A stretch of DNA of 58,897 nt, the filler included, from Dimargaris cristalligena (taxonomy: Eukaryota), in the NCBI GenBank assembly GCA_003614675.1. It is 8 parts of 8 records of this genome, joined end to end, with 100 filler letters (N's around TTAATTAATTAA, not from the genome) between each part and the next. Parts side by side here need not be neighbours in the genome. Positions count along the whole stretch, not along the records: positions 22,171 to 29,453 come from ML003434.1; positions 29,554 to 36,829 come from ML003435.1; 6 more parts are not named here. One strand, written 5' to 3'. Position numbers and translations under genes: made by a program. The notes below the pieces were generated by a model that saw only the letters and a list, made by a program, of their open reading frames with translations, had not been told where the DNA came from and did no database searches. Shown piece after piece: positions 24,365 through 36,929 of the stretch (within the stretch, counting starts at the first letter, position 1; every line of letters starts with the position of its first letter).

Positions 24365-27300
24365 CTATTCCGCCTGGTAAAGCCGGGCGGCATTTCGCAG
24401 TCGCCGCATAATATCAGCCACCACATTATCCACGTCGGTCCAGCATTCCTGGAAATGCAACAGCACATCAACGTATTGGCCGATGGTTTGGACGATCCGG
24501 ATGATAGGGTGGTCGGGTAAGCGGGAAGGGTCGAATTCACTCAAGGTAGTTTCGGATTGGTCGGGGTCAATGATTTCGGCGATTAGGGTGACGACAGCCC
24601 GGGCCAGGGGGGGGTCCATACTGCCTAGGGCCTGGGCTTCAGCAGTAGGGGCCGTGGAAGGCGGGGACTGTTGGGCCTGTGCGGCTTGGTTGACGATTTC
24701 AACGACGGACGGTCCAGCGGTTGCTGGGGCGGTGGCGGATGGTTCGGAAGATCCCACCGTGTCAGTTGTATCCGTCATATGTGTATCAGCGGATGCCTGA
24801 TGGGACGGAGGTACTGATGGTGAGGAGGAGGCCTGGGACATGGGCGGAGACGGCGGCTGATTCGAAAGAGGAATGGCGGTGGTGGCCGACATATTAGTCG
24901 GTGGACTCAATGGAGTAGAGGTTGAAAGGTTACCGAGCGACTGGGCCAAACTGCCCAGATCCGCTATTCCCCCTCCGGCCCGGCCCGGGGTTTCATCGAC
25001 GCAAGCCGCCGATGGTGGTCCACTATTATTATTACCATTAGCCATATCATCCGCCGCACTGGTGGAGGGAATTTTATAGGCCAAGGTTGGCGAAATCGGA
25101 TGGGCGGTCCGATTCAGACCGGGCAGCATATCCAAATAACAGTATAGGGCCTGGGTCACGGCAATGGGCACGATGTAATGAAACGCGTGGGCGGGTATTA
25201 CCTCGATGTAATCCAATAGGGCCGTAATCCGCTGGGCCGCGCGCCAGCGGGAGGCGTGGCAGTGCGACAGTATAGCTGATGATACCCGACCCTTACAGTT
25301 CTTGGGCAACGTAAATAGACAGAGGTTGGTGGTATAGTAAAACGCATGGATAGTGAGCGTTTGGGCCAGGGCCAGGGCGGCCCGTCGGTCGGTGTCGAAA
25401 ATGTCGGCGGGCGGGGGGGAGTCGCCCACAGGGAACGACTTGGGCATCACATCCTCCCAGAATTCGGTGAATAGGGCGTACAGCCGTACGGCGGATTCCT
25501 CAAACTTCTCGGGGGCTAAGTGGCGTTTGAAGATGTGGCCCTGGGCGAAGGTACTGAAAATGACGAGTTGGATGAACGGCAAGGAATTGCCGAAATTGTG
25601 GACGGTAAGGGGGAACACGGTGGGAAAGTCGGGTCGGGTGTAGAAATCGGACAACCGGGGGTCCATTACCATGTGGAGCGTCCGGGAAGATGGTCCCTCA
25701 GAATCCAGTCCACTACAATTACTCATAGGTGAATTCGTGGTGGTAGTGGAGGTGGGGGTGGTGGTAGCAGCGGCGGCTGCTTGGTGGTGGTACCCCTGCA
25801 AGTACTGGAGAAGTACCGAGTGGAACGTCGAATCATCGGATGGAATGGGGCAGGACGTTTGGCTGATGGCCGTTGCCACATTTTTCTCCAGGGCCACCGA
25901 AGCGATGGCCTCATGGGAGTACAATTCCCACCAGAACCGCGAATGCAGTTCGTTGAGCAATAGGTCGGATGAGGTGAGAAGGTCCCGAATATGGATTTCT
26001 GGGCTGCGTTTGCGGGCATTGGCGGCAGCGGCGGCGGCGGCCGATACCGCAGCGCCTTCGGAGCCGGGCAGTGGTGACGGGGGATGGGAGGCGAGTTTGG
26101 AAGGGGGTTGGGGCTGTGATGGGGGTATTCGGTCGGTAATTCGGTCGGACAGGTGTAATTTCATTTCCAGGCCCATATTAAACGCCATGCCCAGGTAACT
26201 GATGGCCTTATCCGTCTCTTCGGCCATTGAGCCCAGCATTGCGATATTAAGCAGACCCATAATATTGTCCAATGAGGCCTGGTCAATGGCGGAGAAGGCG
26301 AGGGCTTCCGCGCGTTGGAAATACCGGCGACTGAGGGCCTGTAGGTTTTCCAGGGCGGATTCGGCGGTGATGCTCTGCTTGTAGGCGGACATACCCAGAA
26401 CGGAGAAGAGCAGAAAGTCGCTTACGATGCCCAGCTGAAGCCGCACTAGAAAGCGGTGGGTCAAATACTGGTCCAAAGGCACCGGGGCGTCTAGGAAATA
26501 TGAATGGATCAAGGATACCATAGACGAGTAAGGGATGCCGGCTTTAAAAACGGCGGGGCGTAGAGAAGACTCGTCGGGGAAAGGAAGAAGGGCGGGGGGT
26601 GACGGGGTAGGCGCGTCGGGGTGGGAGTAGTGGTACTGAATCGGCGGGGCAGTACTGTTCATGTGGCGGGCGCCGAAGGGATAGTAGGCGGTCGGATGGG
26701 GACCCGTGCCCGGCAGTACTGGGGGTGGCACAGGGGGCTGTCCAACCAGATCCGGGCCAGTAGAGCCGGAAGGGGGCCGCTGGGAGGGCGGGTAGAACAG
26801 CGACTGATAGTATTGGTAAGTGGTTGGGTCGGACGACAGGGCATTGATAAGCAGCGATGTGGTGGACGGGGACAGGGTTGCAGCGGGGGACGGCTTATCA
26901 CCGCTGTGGCCCACCTGACTCTGGTTTGGGTTCCCCCCCGGGGCTTCAAACAGGTTATCTGACTGGGCCGGGCTCGATGGATGCGACGACGAGTCCCGGT
27001 CACTGGACCGACTGTTGGCCTGACTGGCCATAGACAGGAGCCGTTCGTTGATACTATCCATTTTCTGCAGCATGTTATTATCGACCGAGGAGGGCCAAGC
27101 GGTAGGGTACCCGGCGTTGATATCGAAGAAGGTATCCAACGGATAAGCGGGCGATGTAGCGGATGAGGGGTCCAGGCCGTGCATGGCAATGTGGGGCTGG
27201 TAGGGACCACCAATACCACTATTGCTAAAGGAGGAGTGCATGGGTGAAGAAACATGCCGGATAGCTACGTTGGGGGCGGTGGGAGTGGCGGGTAGTTTCG

Positions 27301-27499
27301 CAGCCTCCTGGGCAGCCAGGAGTTTCCGTTTGGCGGATGTGGTGGGGGGTCGGCGAACAATTAGGCTATAACGACAGGATAGATCGCGAGCGGCGCAGCG
27401 GGTACAGGGCTGGCCGCGACTGCATTTGACCTTGAGGCGGTGGCATTCGTCACAAGCCAGTCGAAGGGCCCCCGGTTTAGGGTATGACACGTCCGACAT
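24365..27499 (-). CDS. Zn(II)2Cys6 (Gal4-type) fungal transcription factor, 1044 aa, intronless
   Basis: ACDECHRLKVKCSRGQPCTRCAARDLSCRY zinc cluster and a middle homology region (MGLEMKLH...RFWWELYSHE). ATG in CCGCCATG context at 27499; the ORF-track start at 27520 is TTG. Confidence 0.93.
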   Translation of the reverse strand: MSDVSYPKPGALRLACDECHRLKVKCSRGQPCTRCAARDLSCRYSLIVRRPPTTSAKRKLLAAQEAAKLPATPTAPNVAIRHVSSPMHSSFSNSGIGGPYQPHIAMHGLDPSSATSPAYPLDTFFDINAGYPTAWPSSVDNNMLQKMDSINERLLSMASQANSRSSDRDSSSHPSSPAQSDNLFEAPGGNPNQSQVGHSGDKPSPAATLSPSTTSLLINALSSDPTTYQYYQSLFYPPSQRPPSGSTGPDLVGQPPVPPPVLPGTGPHPTAYYPFGARHMNSTAPPIQYHYSHPDAPTPSPPALLPFPDESSLRPAVFKAGIPYSSMVSLIHSYFLDAPVPLDQYLTHRFLVRLQLGIVSDFLLFSVLGMSAYKQSITAESALENLQALSRRYFQRAEALAFSAIDQASLDNIMGLLNIAMLGSMAEETDKAISYLGMAFNMGLEMKLHLSDRITDRIPPSQPQPPSKLASHPPSPLPGSEGAAVSAAAAAAANARKRSPEIHIRDLLTSSDLLLNELHSRFWWELYSHEAIASVALEKNVATAISQTSCPIPSDDSTFHSVLLQYLQGYHHQAAAAATTTPTSTTTTNSPMSNCSGLDSEGPSSRTLHMVMDPRLSDFYTRPDFPTVFPLTVHNFGNSLPFIQLVIFSTFAQGHIFKRHLAPEKFEESAVRLYALFTEFWEDVMPKSFPVGDSPPPADIFDTDRRAALALAQTLTIHAFYYTTNLCLFTLPKNCKGRVSSAILSHCHASRWRAAQRITALLDYIEVIPAHAFHYIVPIAVTQALYCYLDMLPGLNRTAHPISPTLAYKIPSTSAADDMANGNNNSGPPSAACVDETPGRAGGGIADLGSLAQSLGNLSTSTPLSPPTNMSATTAIPLSNQPPSPPMSQASSSPSVPPSHQASADTHMTDTTDTVGSSEPSATAPATAGPSVVEIVNQAAQAQQSPPSTAPTAEAQALGSMDPPLARAVVTLIAEIIDPDQSETTLSEFDPSRLPDHPIIRIVQTIGQYVDVLLHFQECWTDVDNVVADIMRRLRNAARLYQAE

Positions 27500-29453
27500 G
27501 GCGGGAGACAACGAATACAAATTAGACTAGAATAAGAAGATAAAGGTGACGAAGCGAAAAAAAAAATGGCAAGGGAGGGTGGGATAATTGCTATAATGGA
27601 GATAGTGCGCACGGGCAACAGTAGTCGTTGTGACGTGGAGATAAGAAGGGAGGAAGAGGGCTTAGAGTGCCACCCGACAGGCGTTGGCCAGTAAGAGAGC
27701 CAGAGGTGGGGCTGACAAATAGAAAGACGCCAAGGGGATATTAAAGTGCAATATGTGAGGCGAGAGGGGCTCTCAATCAATGAACACAAAAAAGAATGAA
27801 TGGGAATGAACTGGAATGAAGGGATACTATAGGAGAGAAGAGCTACATGCCTTGGTCGAGCCAATGCAACCAGGAATAATAAGAATAGCAAGGTGGTGAC
27901 AACCCCGAGAAATATAGTAGCTAAATAGACCCAAAAAGCCCTGTCGAGTGATAGGGCGTAAATATATGTATGTGTATATGGGGAAGATGTAAGGCGAGCG
28001 AAACGGATAGGACGCCCCACACCCGCGCAAAGTGGCTGGCTGGCTGGTACAGATAGGCCAAAACAAGGCAGAGGAAGGGGGAAAAAGAAGAGAGCAGAGA
28101 AGAGAAGAGTTTCACAAGACAACAGGCTGGAATGGCAGGTAAAAGAGAGAAGGGGGGAGTTTAAGGCCGGGCCGTCGATATATTTATAGGCTAGTAGTTT
28201 ACCTCTGGCCGAATTAGGCTATATAAGCAATACTATACGAACCCTTATAGTTAGTTATGTGTAATATCGGCCAAGCGATTAACAACGCTCACACACAAAT
28301 AGGGATACACTGGCGGCCGCAGTGGAGACGAAGTAGATGGACGGGGAGAGCGCTATTTACAAACGAACTTGTTTTGGAATCAATGATGCAAAAACGATTA
28401 GGTTAGCGAGCAAGTACACCATTTAGAAAGGCCTTGTTCAAGTAGATTACGTAATAGGAAAGGTGAGCCATAAGCAGCAACCTGAATAATAAATAACTCT
28501 AATGTCAGCTGTGCATGAAAGGGGGGAACCTGCAGGGCAGCCTGTCAGAAGGATGTATACTACTATATATAGGTAGGTGTGTAATTATACCATAATTATT
28601 ATGTATGGTTAAATAATTAATGTTTTAAAACATATATAGAGATAATGGTTAAAAAAAGGTGTCTGTAAGTGGCACATTGCCTGCAGACTGATAACGTCTC
28701 ACAGTCCCTTTTTTTCTTCCCCAACCAAGAGTGTTGCTGGTAGCGCTGTTCAATCCTATATTATCCTATCCTGTACTGGTACGGTTTGTGGGTAGTAAGA
28801 ACAAGCGAGCAGAAAAAAAAGCGAAAGCGTAAGCGCGATTCGTAAGCAAGCCAGCTGCAAGTGGATTGGTGGCGGGGCTGATCGCTAGATCCGCGTCCAG
28901 TAAGTACCCAGAGTAGAGAGTAGAGCAGCGGTGTATAATGTGTCTCTGCAATAAAACCCCCCTAGTTTAGATTGAATTGATAATTAAAGGGGCTACGCTC
29001 GCCCTTTGCAACCCTGAACTAGACATAATTGGCCTTTAGCTATTGAATAATAGTCACCAACAACCAATACCGTGGCGCCCCACGCTAAGCCACATAGATC
29101 CATGTTATTGGTTCTAGGAGTAATGGAAAATTCCTGGGACACAATTGTCCAGCGTGAAGATAGAGGATAGGTGGCTGTTATATGGGTTCGAATCCTTGGA
29201 TCACCCCCTCTTCGATTTGGCTTATCCTTGGTAGCTGCAGCCGTATTTTACCCAGGGTAAACCAGCCCCGTCCCTCCTTCCTTCCTCCTATTCAACTGAA
29301 AGTAGGGGGTAATAATAATACTCACACACCTTGCACTACAGTTTTCCCGCACCAAGAGATCCCCCCGGCCCTTTACATTTTAAAAGACCCTCTCGCCAAA
29401 TTTCGGGTGGTTCCTTCAAATCCAGCATTAGTTTTTGTAAGGCCCTTCTACCA

Positions 29454-29553
29454 NNNNNNNNNNNNNNNNNNNNNNNNNNNNNNNNNNNNNNNNNNNNTTA
29501 ATTAATTAANNNNNNNNNNNNNNNNNNNNNNNNNNNNNNNNNNNNNNNNNNNN
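29454..29553. other. Artificial contig-join spacer
   Basis: Same linker. Confidence 0.98.
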
Positions 29554-29989
29554 AATTGTATCATTGGTTTTTAAATGGTAAACCATTTGTTAGTATCACC
29601 AAAATAATAGTGAAGAAAGGGAACTTCAAACTAATAATTGGATAAGTGAAATGATTATACCCATTGGTATAATAAAAACAAAAGAATAAAAGGTATAGAT
29701 GAACTTATAATAGGTTAAAGGAATGGCTGATACTTGTTGTTAGAGTATAGCAAGGGTATAAATGTGATACTCAAAATAATAATCCAATTAAAAATAAATA
29801 TATAATTATTGTATAACAATAATAACTTATAAAAAGGGAAAACTTAGGCTAGCAGTGCCAATTCCTTGACTAATCACCTAAATATGGATGGTGGTTTCAA
29901 TAAAAGAGGAAAAATAAATAAGACAATGGTAAATAAGACTATAGTTATTTAGCTCTATCACAACAAATTGGATAGCTGTAATAATACAG

Positions 29990-31200
29990 AGACTGTGCAA
30001 ATTAAAGTGGGTGATTGGTGACCTGTGATTGGGTTGACAATACTCCCAATGAAGTTGATCATTCTGAAGAGGGTTATCAATGTGTGGTCAATGCTAAAAA
30101 AGATGTCACTTCATAGTAAACAACTTGGATAAATTGATGCTGGTTTACTTCTATTAATATAACTCCTCCTAACTATCATCCAGTATTTCAGGGACAATAC
30201 CTGCCAGGTTAATAGTGCCATTTTCTGGACCTAGTGGCTGCCTATAATAATTCAATATATATGATAAAAATTACTTTTGCTCATATTGGAGGAGAAGAAA
30301 AATACAGGGGATGGTTCAAATGGTGACTATTTACTGTGCTTAGCTTACCCACACCAAGAGAGAGGACAGGTGGGTCTTATATACTGGAGATGGTGGTAAA
30401 TTAACTGGGTATTGTTAAGGGGGAGAGGGGATTCAGGTGGCATAGGGCTTAGGTGCCACATTTGGTCCAGCGGCAGCCAGGAAGACCTTCACCTCTACAA
30501 AGTTAGCCAAAAACCCATTGCTACTATCTTGGCTGAAAATGGAGGCACCTACTCAACTTAAGATGCTGGCACCACACCAATAGTGGCTTGAAATATCTGT
30601 GGTGTTTCTAATTATGGTCTGGTGAGCATTCACCATGGTGGGTTCAACATACCATACTCTAAGTTTTATAGGATTTCCCCTTTTTTTCTTTGGCAATATT
30701 CCAAAGCTGGGGGGAGGAGGGTTTGCCTAAAAACATATATATATATATATGGAAAAGAGGTGAAGGAGTAGAGGGGGATGGGAGTGATGGATATCTCTGA
30801 TAACAATGAGTAGTGGGAGTGGACTTGGTCTAACCAACAGGGAGAATTATTCAATTAAGAATATGCTGATTATATGGTCCCAATGCCGGCAATACCTTCC
30901 CCTCTGAGGATGAAATATGTGCATTAGAATAAGGCCCCTGGTGTTGAATTAATATCTGCCAATTGGGCTAAAACAGGCTTAGGATGGCTATTGTCCTGGC
31001 ATAGTATCATTGCCATTCAATGAGACTATATGGAGCAATTTGCCACAGGTTTCTGGTCATTAATGGTGGGGGGGGATAGTGGCCATATTCTCCCTTTTGT
31101 ATGGGAGTACGTCAATGCCAATGTTCTAATGGTTAAATGGAGCATTATGCAACACGCCATTGGTAATGTTAATGTAAAGCTGAGGGACAACCCCCACTAT
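29990..31200 (-). pseudogene. Decayed protein-coding relic, identity unknown
   Basis: Manual minus-strand reading gives protein-like stretches broken by stops, e.g. VWYVEPTMVNAHQ...ASILS*VGASIF...FVEVKVFLAAAGP and QPLGPENGTINLAGIVPEILDDS*EELY**K*TS. The region is almost CpG-free. Confidence 0.35.
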
Positions 31201-32089
31201 GTGTTGTGTTTTTCTCTGGTATTATCTAAAATTTAATAAGTGGATGAGTGAAGCTTTTGACAGGAACTGTAATACAAATAACGAGTATGGTAAGGCATAA
31301 GAGGTGCTGTTGTCTGGATTACCTACTTTTCTAGACTAGAAATAGACACTAGGCTGCCCCAGTTTAGTCCCGTAAGTCGAATTTAGGTGTTAATTCGCCC
31401 ACGGTGAAATTCGGAGTCAACGAGAGCTCGTCGCGTGAGTCATTAACCTGGTGATGGTTATCGAAATGGCCTTTTTGGCTTCGAAGTCTTGCAAAGCTCG
31501 ATACTTCACTAAGAAAAATGGCCAGGCTTACCACCTCCCTAATATGGAAAACTACTGCCTTTAATTCTGTTACATATTAGGGATGTTAAGTTGGGGATTA
31601 GAGTGGGAGGGGTTAGGGTTAGAGGTAATTATCACGTGCCTCATTTGTATTGGGGTATCTTGAAATGAGGCGCTCCTAAGGGGAGCAATATTATCTCTCC
31701 GCCTCACAGTTGGTTGGGTAAGTCAACCTGGTAGTACACCTTCCACATGGGCAGCGGTGCTATAGAGGCCCTCTCAATTACTTGAAACAGCGTCGTCGTT
31801 GCCTGTCGACGTAAAGAGTAGATCGCCTGAATCTATTAACTTGAAGAAAGGGAGGGGGGGTATGGCACCCGAATCTGCCCATGAGCCCAAACCACCTTTG
31901 TAGCCTAAGTGGTTGATCATCCCATATACCCCGCCTGTTTATTCTGGTTTTCTATTGCCCTACTACATTTAGACCAACTAGTTCCCTCTTCCACCTTCTG
32001 GAGATAATTCCATTTGTTCTGTTTACTGGATCAGCCCTGTTTTTATATTTCATTTTTTATTATATAGCAAACCAACCCACTCAGTCGCC

Positions 32090-33245
32090 ATGGTTCTCGC
32101 TTGCCTCGCTACTCGTCGGATGGTTGGCGCCTTTGGTAGGTCAGAGAGTTTACTTTGGCTGAGCCGGCGAAGCTTACCCGTCCGCACATTCACCCTTGTC
32201 TAGAAAGAGGACTAATACCCCCGTACCTTTTACTCACTTTATATCTTTATGCCTGTACGTTGCTAATGCCTATACGCTTTATCATTCTACAGCCCAGACC
32301 AGCCGTGTTCACTCAATGGCCGTTGCGCCCTTTCATTCCAGCGCCCATGCCCGTGAAGGTAAGTGTATTCCAGTGACGTATATCCATATCCCTTTTGCAA
32401 TGTCGCTTGTTATAGCTCAGGTCACTTTAGCACTCCGCCCGTACTTTACAATAGTTGGCCCTATGGCCTCCCATTAACTCAGTTCCTTTTATGCTTTGCC
32501 CGCCTGTGCCACTTTGCCTATATGTTCGATTGGGCTGCCTACATACTATCCATCTTCATCCATGCTAGTCCCCGCCACGTACACCTACAAGACCGAAGAG
32601 GCCAACCCCGCGCTGCGCACCCAAGACAAGCAGCTCTACGATTACGGCCGCCATCTCGTGAGCATGCTCCCCAAATTCATCCAACAATTCTCGGTCTGGA
32701 AGGATGAATTGACCCTTTACGTGGCCCCTTCAGCCTTGGAACCCGTGATGCTATTCCTCCGCGACCACACGGGGGCGCAATTCAAACAACTCACCGATAC
32801 GTCCGGCGCGGACTACCCCAACCGGGCCAACCGTTTCGAAGTGGTGCACAATATGTTGAGCGTCCGGTACAGCACCCGCATCCGCGTCAAAACCTACTGT
32901 GACGAAGTGACCCCGGTTCCTTCCATGGTGGCCCTGTTCAACAGTGCCAACTGGTTCGAGCGGGAAGCCTATGATATGTACGGCATTTTGTTCGAAAACC
33001 ACCCCGACTTGCGTCGCGTGCTGACCGACTACGGGTTTGAAGGCCATCCCCTCCGTAAGGACTTCCCCCTGACGGGTTATGTTGAAGTGAGATACGACGA
33101 CGAGCGAAAACGGGTCGTCACCGAACCCGTTGAGATGTCCCAGGCGTTCCGTAACTTCGACTACAGTTCCGCGTGGGAACAGACCGGCCAGGGTCGGGAC
33201 GATACCCCCCAGGGCTACGAACGTACTCCCAAGAACAAGCAGTAA
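32090..33245 (+). CDS. NDUFS3: NADH:ubiquinone oxidoreductase 30 kDa subunit; join(32090-32135,32293-32358,32569-33245), 262 aa
   Basis: [51 protein letters not shown] signature. Two GT-AG introns restore the frame with an Arg-rich mitochondrial presequence ([15 protein letters not shown]). Confidence 0.96.
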
Positions 33246-33966
33246 ACGGCACAGTACGGAACGGTTGACTGGATGGCCGGGAGGGTGCGTGTGGGTGATG
33301 TACCTCGGCCACACCCTTCAACCCTTTCACTTTCCGCCCATCGACAATAAGCCGTGGGGTACGTCTACTCCTCGCAATCTTTATTTATATATTTTACATC
33401 TCCCTCCCTCCCCCCACCACCCCACACTCCCTTCCCCCCTGACCAATAGTTTTTTCATGTTTTCCACTGCGTGCCGTCCACAGGGGAAGTCTTCACTGAT
33501 AAACTTGACTAGTATTTTTTACTTTTATTTTTGGAAAACAAAAACTACTCGGCAGTGAATTATGGTGGCCCTGGTTTAATATTGTAAATTGAGGCGTGTA
33601 TGTGCCACCTTTATAGCGAAGCAAACCTCATGGGCGATTAGACTGGCTTATCGTATTTGCTGCAACCTCTTCACGGACCTCCCAGCCATGCCGCTCACTT
33701 GATAAGGCCCGCTGTCAGAGTACGTATACTTTAACGAGTATAATATTTGAAAATAACAATCCTGTGGATATCCTCCTTCCCCAGCAGAATTTGACGAATG
33801 TCTTTGCAGGTGGTGAACAGTGGATTTTATTGTAAATTGAGCCAGAAACGAGAGTTTGGGGGCATATAAACTGGGAAATGAAAAACAAGCAACCCTTTTT
33901 TTCAGGCGAGTGGCCCTATACAATTTAAATTGGTGTGGAGTTCGAACGACTAGGCGGAATAGAGGA

Positions 33967-34185
33967 CTATGAGCCGCTGGGTTTCTTCCTATAATTGGCA
34001 ATCTTTTTCTTGACGCTCGTCACCGCGTCTTCGATTTTCATCTGAGTGTCTTGCTTAAAATTAGTCAAACGAGTCTTGATGGCGTATCTATAGTCGATCT
34101 TATACGCGTGTGTAGTGGCGGGAAAGGCTGAGAAGGCGAGACAAATAGCCAACAAGTAAAAAATGGAAATAGGAAATGACCGCAT
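33967..34185 (-). CDS. Small secreted basic protein, 72 aa (orphan)
   Basis: Signal peptide MRSFPISIFYLLAICLAFSAFPATTHA followed by a Lys/Arg-rich mature part. Confidence 0.5.
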   Translation of the reverse strand: MRSFPISIFYLLAICLAFSAFPATTHAYKIDYRYAIKTRLTNFKQDTQMKIEDAVTSVKKKIANYRKKPSGS

Positions 34186-36829
34186 ATTTTCTGTACGTGT
34201 GGTGTGAGACTGGACGGGGACAAGGGTAGGTCAACCAAATATCAAAAAATCGAGCTAATTTATGAGTCAAATGAATAAAGCAGAATATGGTGAAATAATG
34301 TAGAGTGAACGGTAAGTAAAGCAATGGTGATGACGAGGTTAAAAGTAGGTGAGGGTGGGTGCCATCGGTCAGTTATATACTGCTTAGATATCGGTATATC
34401 ACTACCCTACCCAATTTATTGAACGAAATATACAATGGTCCAGTTCCCGGACTGACTAAAAAAAAGGTGGGGGATCTCCGTATACCCCGTTAATTTACAT
34501 CCAACGCAGTGTAGTCCCAGCATACTCCGTCGCCCGGTGGTCGATAATAAGCCAGCCCAACGATAAACGGCAGTGGACTGTGGTGGGCATGAACAGAATA
34601 CCAGACCATCGAGGTCCCGCGGCTGGTTTAATGCACATCGCTCTCCAGTAAAAGGCGATGATTTACCTTTACCAAGGCGGATTATTCTACCGTCTTTCCA
34701 AGAATAACCCAACCGTACAACCCTTCCTTGATAATGGCGTGCACCGTGAATACCTTCTTTGATTGCATTTCGTCGGAGTGTCTTCAGAGTGCAAAAAACC
34801 ACAACCGCAGGGGATGAGGGGAGGGGGCGGGGCGGGGAAGAAAGGTGGGGGGTAGCTCATGGGGACCATCAATTTTGAATAAGCCTGGCTCTTATTTATA
34901 GGGACTCTCAAAACACCATAGGCATGTGGTACATTAAGGGTCCTTTGGAACAGCAGTAGGTTGGCTCATTAAAGGTGGGAGGATAAGTTGACAGTAGCTT
35001 CCTTAAGCATTCATTGTATTTCCAGGACAGGCATAGTCTATATCACTTTTCGCTTGGAGCTGAATGAACAATCTTCCGTCGGTGTTCCCCGGGCCGGAAT
35101 ACACGTTCAAATTGCGTAGGGCTGTAGTGCACAGGGGTAATGAATGCGCACACGAGAGGATTGGGCGATTATGGGAGCCAGGCTCAATAGTATACCTTGA
35201 TCACTAGCGACTGGTCTGGCAGATGGTCTTGCCTATTTACTATGTAGGGGAAAACGAGAGGCCTTCGACCTGCTATCTCCCAACACGAGTTGGGGACGTG
35301 TCCTCAGGGCTAGCTGCCTAGGGTGACCCAGGATTCTTGGGGGACGTGGGAAATATAGACATATTATCGAAACATGTAATTATTAGTAATATCCAGATAA
35401 GAGGTAATTGCGTCCACGAAGCGTTAGGGTCAATAGGGGAATTACGAAGAACTCGGTCAATGCTGAATAATACACATAGACAGACATTGAGTGGTGGGGA
35501 TTTTAATGGGCTGATTTTAGTTTATAAAACATATACGGCAGCATGGACGGTATATCTAAAGCATCTGGGAAGGGAATACTGCCAAGACAGGGGAACTGGT
35601 AGGGTGACGAGTTGGTTCCGAATAATTGGCCAGTTCGAGCGTTTTCTAGGTGCCGAGTCATTCAGATATTACTCCACCAGTCATGGATAATATTCTCCCC
35701 AATGTGTATAGTTCATTCCACCGTCCGCAATACCTTATTTTGCCTCATGGATAGGCGCGGTACTATCACGAAGTTTCTTATGAAACAATCCCATTATTTA
35801 TAAAGCCTGTCAAGCCCAGCAAATTTTCGGATTGAATCGGCTGTTTACGTGAAGATAAGGGCAATGGTAAAGCATTGTGGTGCTCAGCCAGCTAAGGCGC
35901 ACCCACTCAATTATGCAGACATGGAACGGCCGGCTTTTAATGAAGAGCTTGTGTCCAGCCGTACAACTGGCTGGATAGCTGACTAAGGCATCAACGTCAG
36001 CAGGACTAACCAATCTGGAATGCCTGATAAGATGCATTTCGTCTACTGGTGGTTGAGCAGATTTTTAGGCATATAGGGAGGGAAGTCGTCCGGGGCAAAA
36101 GGGACAATTTGGTCAGTTTCTAGTTCGGCCCTTATTTAGCCCTAATCCTCTCTCAAATACCATCGACTGGCGCAAATGTAATTTCGGAACACTTTTTTAG
36201 GCAGGATTTATGATTAAGTGAAGGCAGGGCGTAATGGATCATTCATTGGGGTTGGTAATTTCTATCTGGTAAGTCCCTTTCTCAACTTCCAAAACACCAA
36301 ATAAAGTACACTATTGCCGTGGGTGTGGTGGGTTAGCGAGCCCTGGAAGAATCCAATGCCATTCGCCATTCTAATATTTAGAGCGGCTAATTCATGAATA
36401 CATAGTTTAACCATCACCTATGCTTTGATAAATTCGTTTTTAAAAAACTCATTATGTTAATAGAGGGGAAAGAAAAAAAAATCCGTAAAAATATTCTTTT
36501 CCCCTATTGTGGTCACACTTAATACCACAAGGTAATATAGCCTGATAACCTTATCAGGGCCGACTGGAGCAGTCTCGGTCTGGTGGAAAAACTAAATAAC
36601 TAAGGAAAACACGCACTCGGTGGGGACAATTCTTATTTGATCTTCAGATAGGGACAACTAGGGCAACCGGGGACCACACAGGGATCCCTCTAGTGTACAG
36701 CAGATAAGGCACAATGAATGGGCTTGGGCCAAATAGATGACAGGGATATAACAAGACTGGTGGATCGAAATAACTAACTGGTAAACTATACTTAATGTAA
36801 AACTGCCTGTTTATTAGTAGAATACCCAA

Positions 36830-36929
36830 NNNNNNNNNNNNNNNNNNNNNNNNNNNNNNNNNNNNNNNNNNNNTTAATTAATTAANNNNNNNNNNNNNNN
36901 NNNNNNNNNNNNNNNNNNNNNNNNNNNNN
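36830..36929. other. Artificial contig-join spacer
   Basis: Same linker. Confidence 0.98.

Noticed and set aside
27361-28122. 253-aa hydrophobic ORF upstream of the Zn2Cys6 gene
   Set aside because: Non-ATG start. Its composition is explained by a pyrimidine-rich 5' leader.
29110-29206. tRNA-like A/B boxes (TAGGAGTAATGG...GGTTCGAATCC)
   Set aside because: No 7-nt anticodon loop, weak T stem and no acceptor stem. At most a degenerate relic.
31611-31622. GGGTTAGGGTTA telomere-like sequence
   Set aside because: Only two units, internal, and expected by chance.
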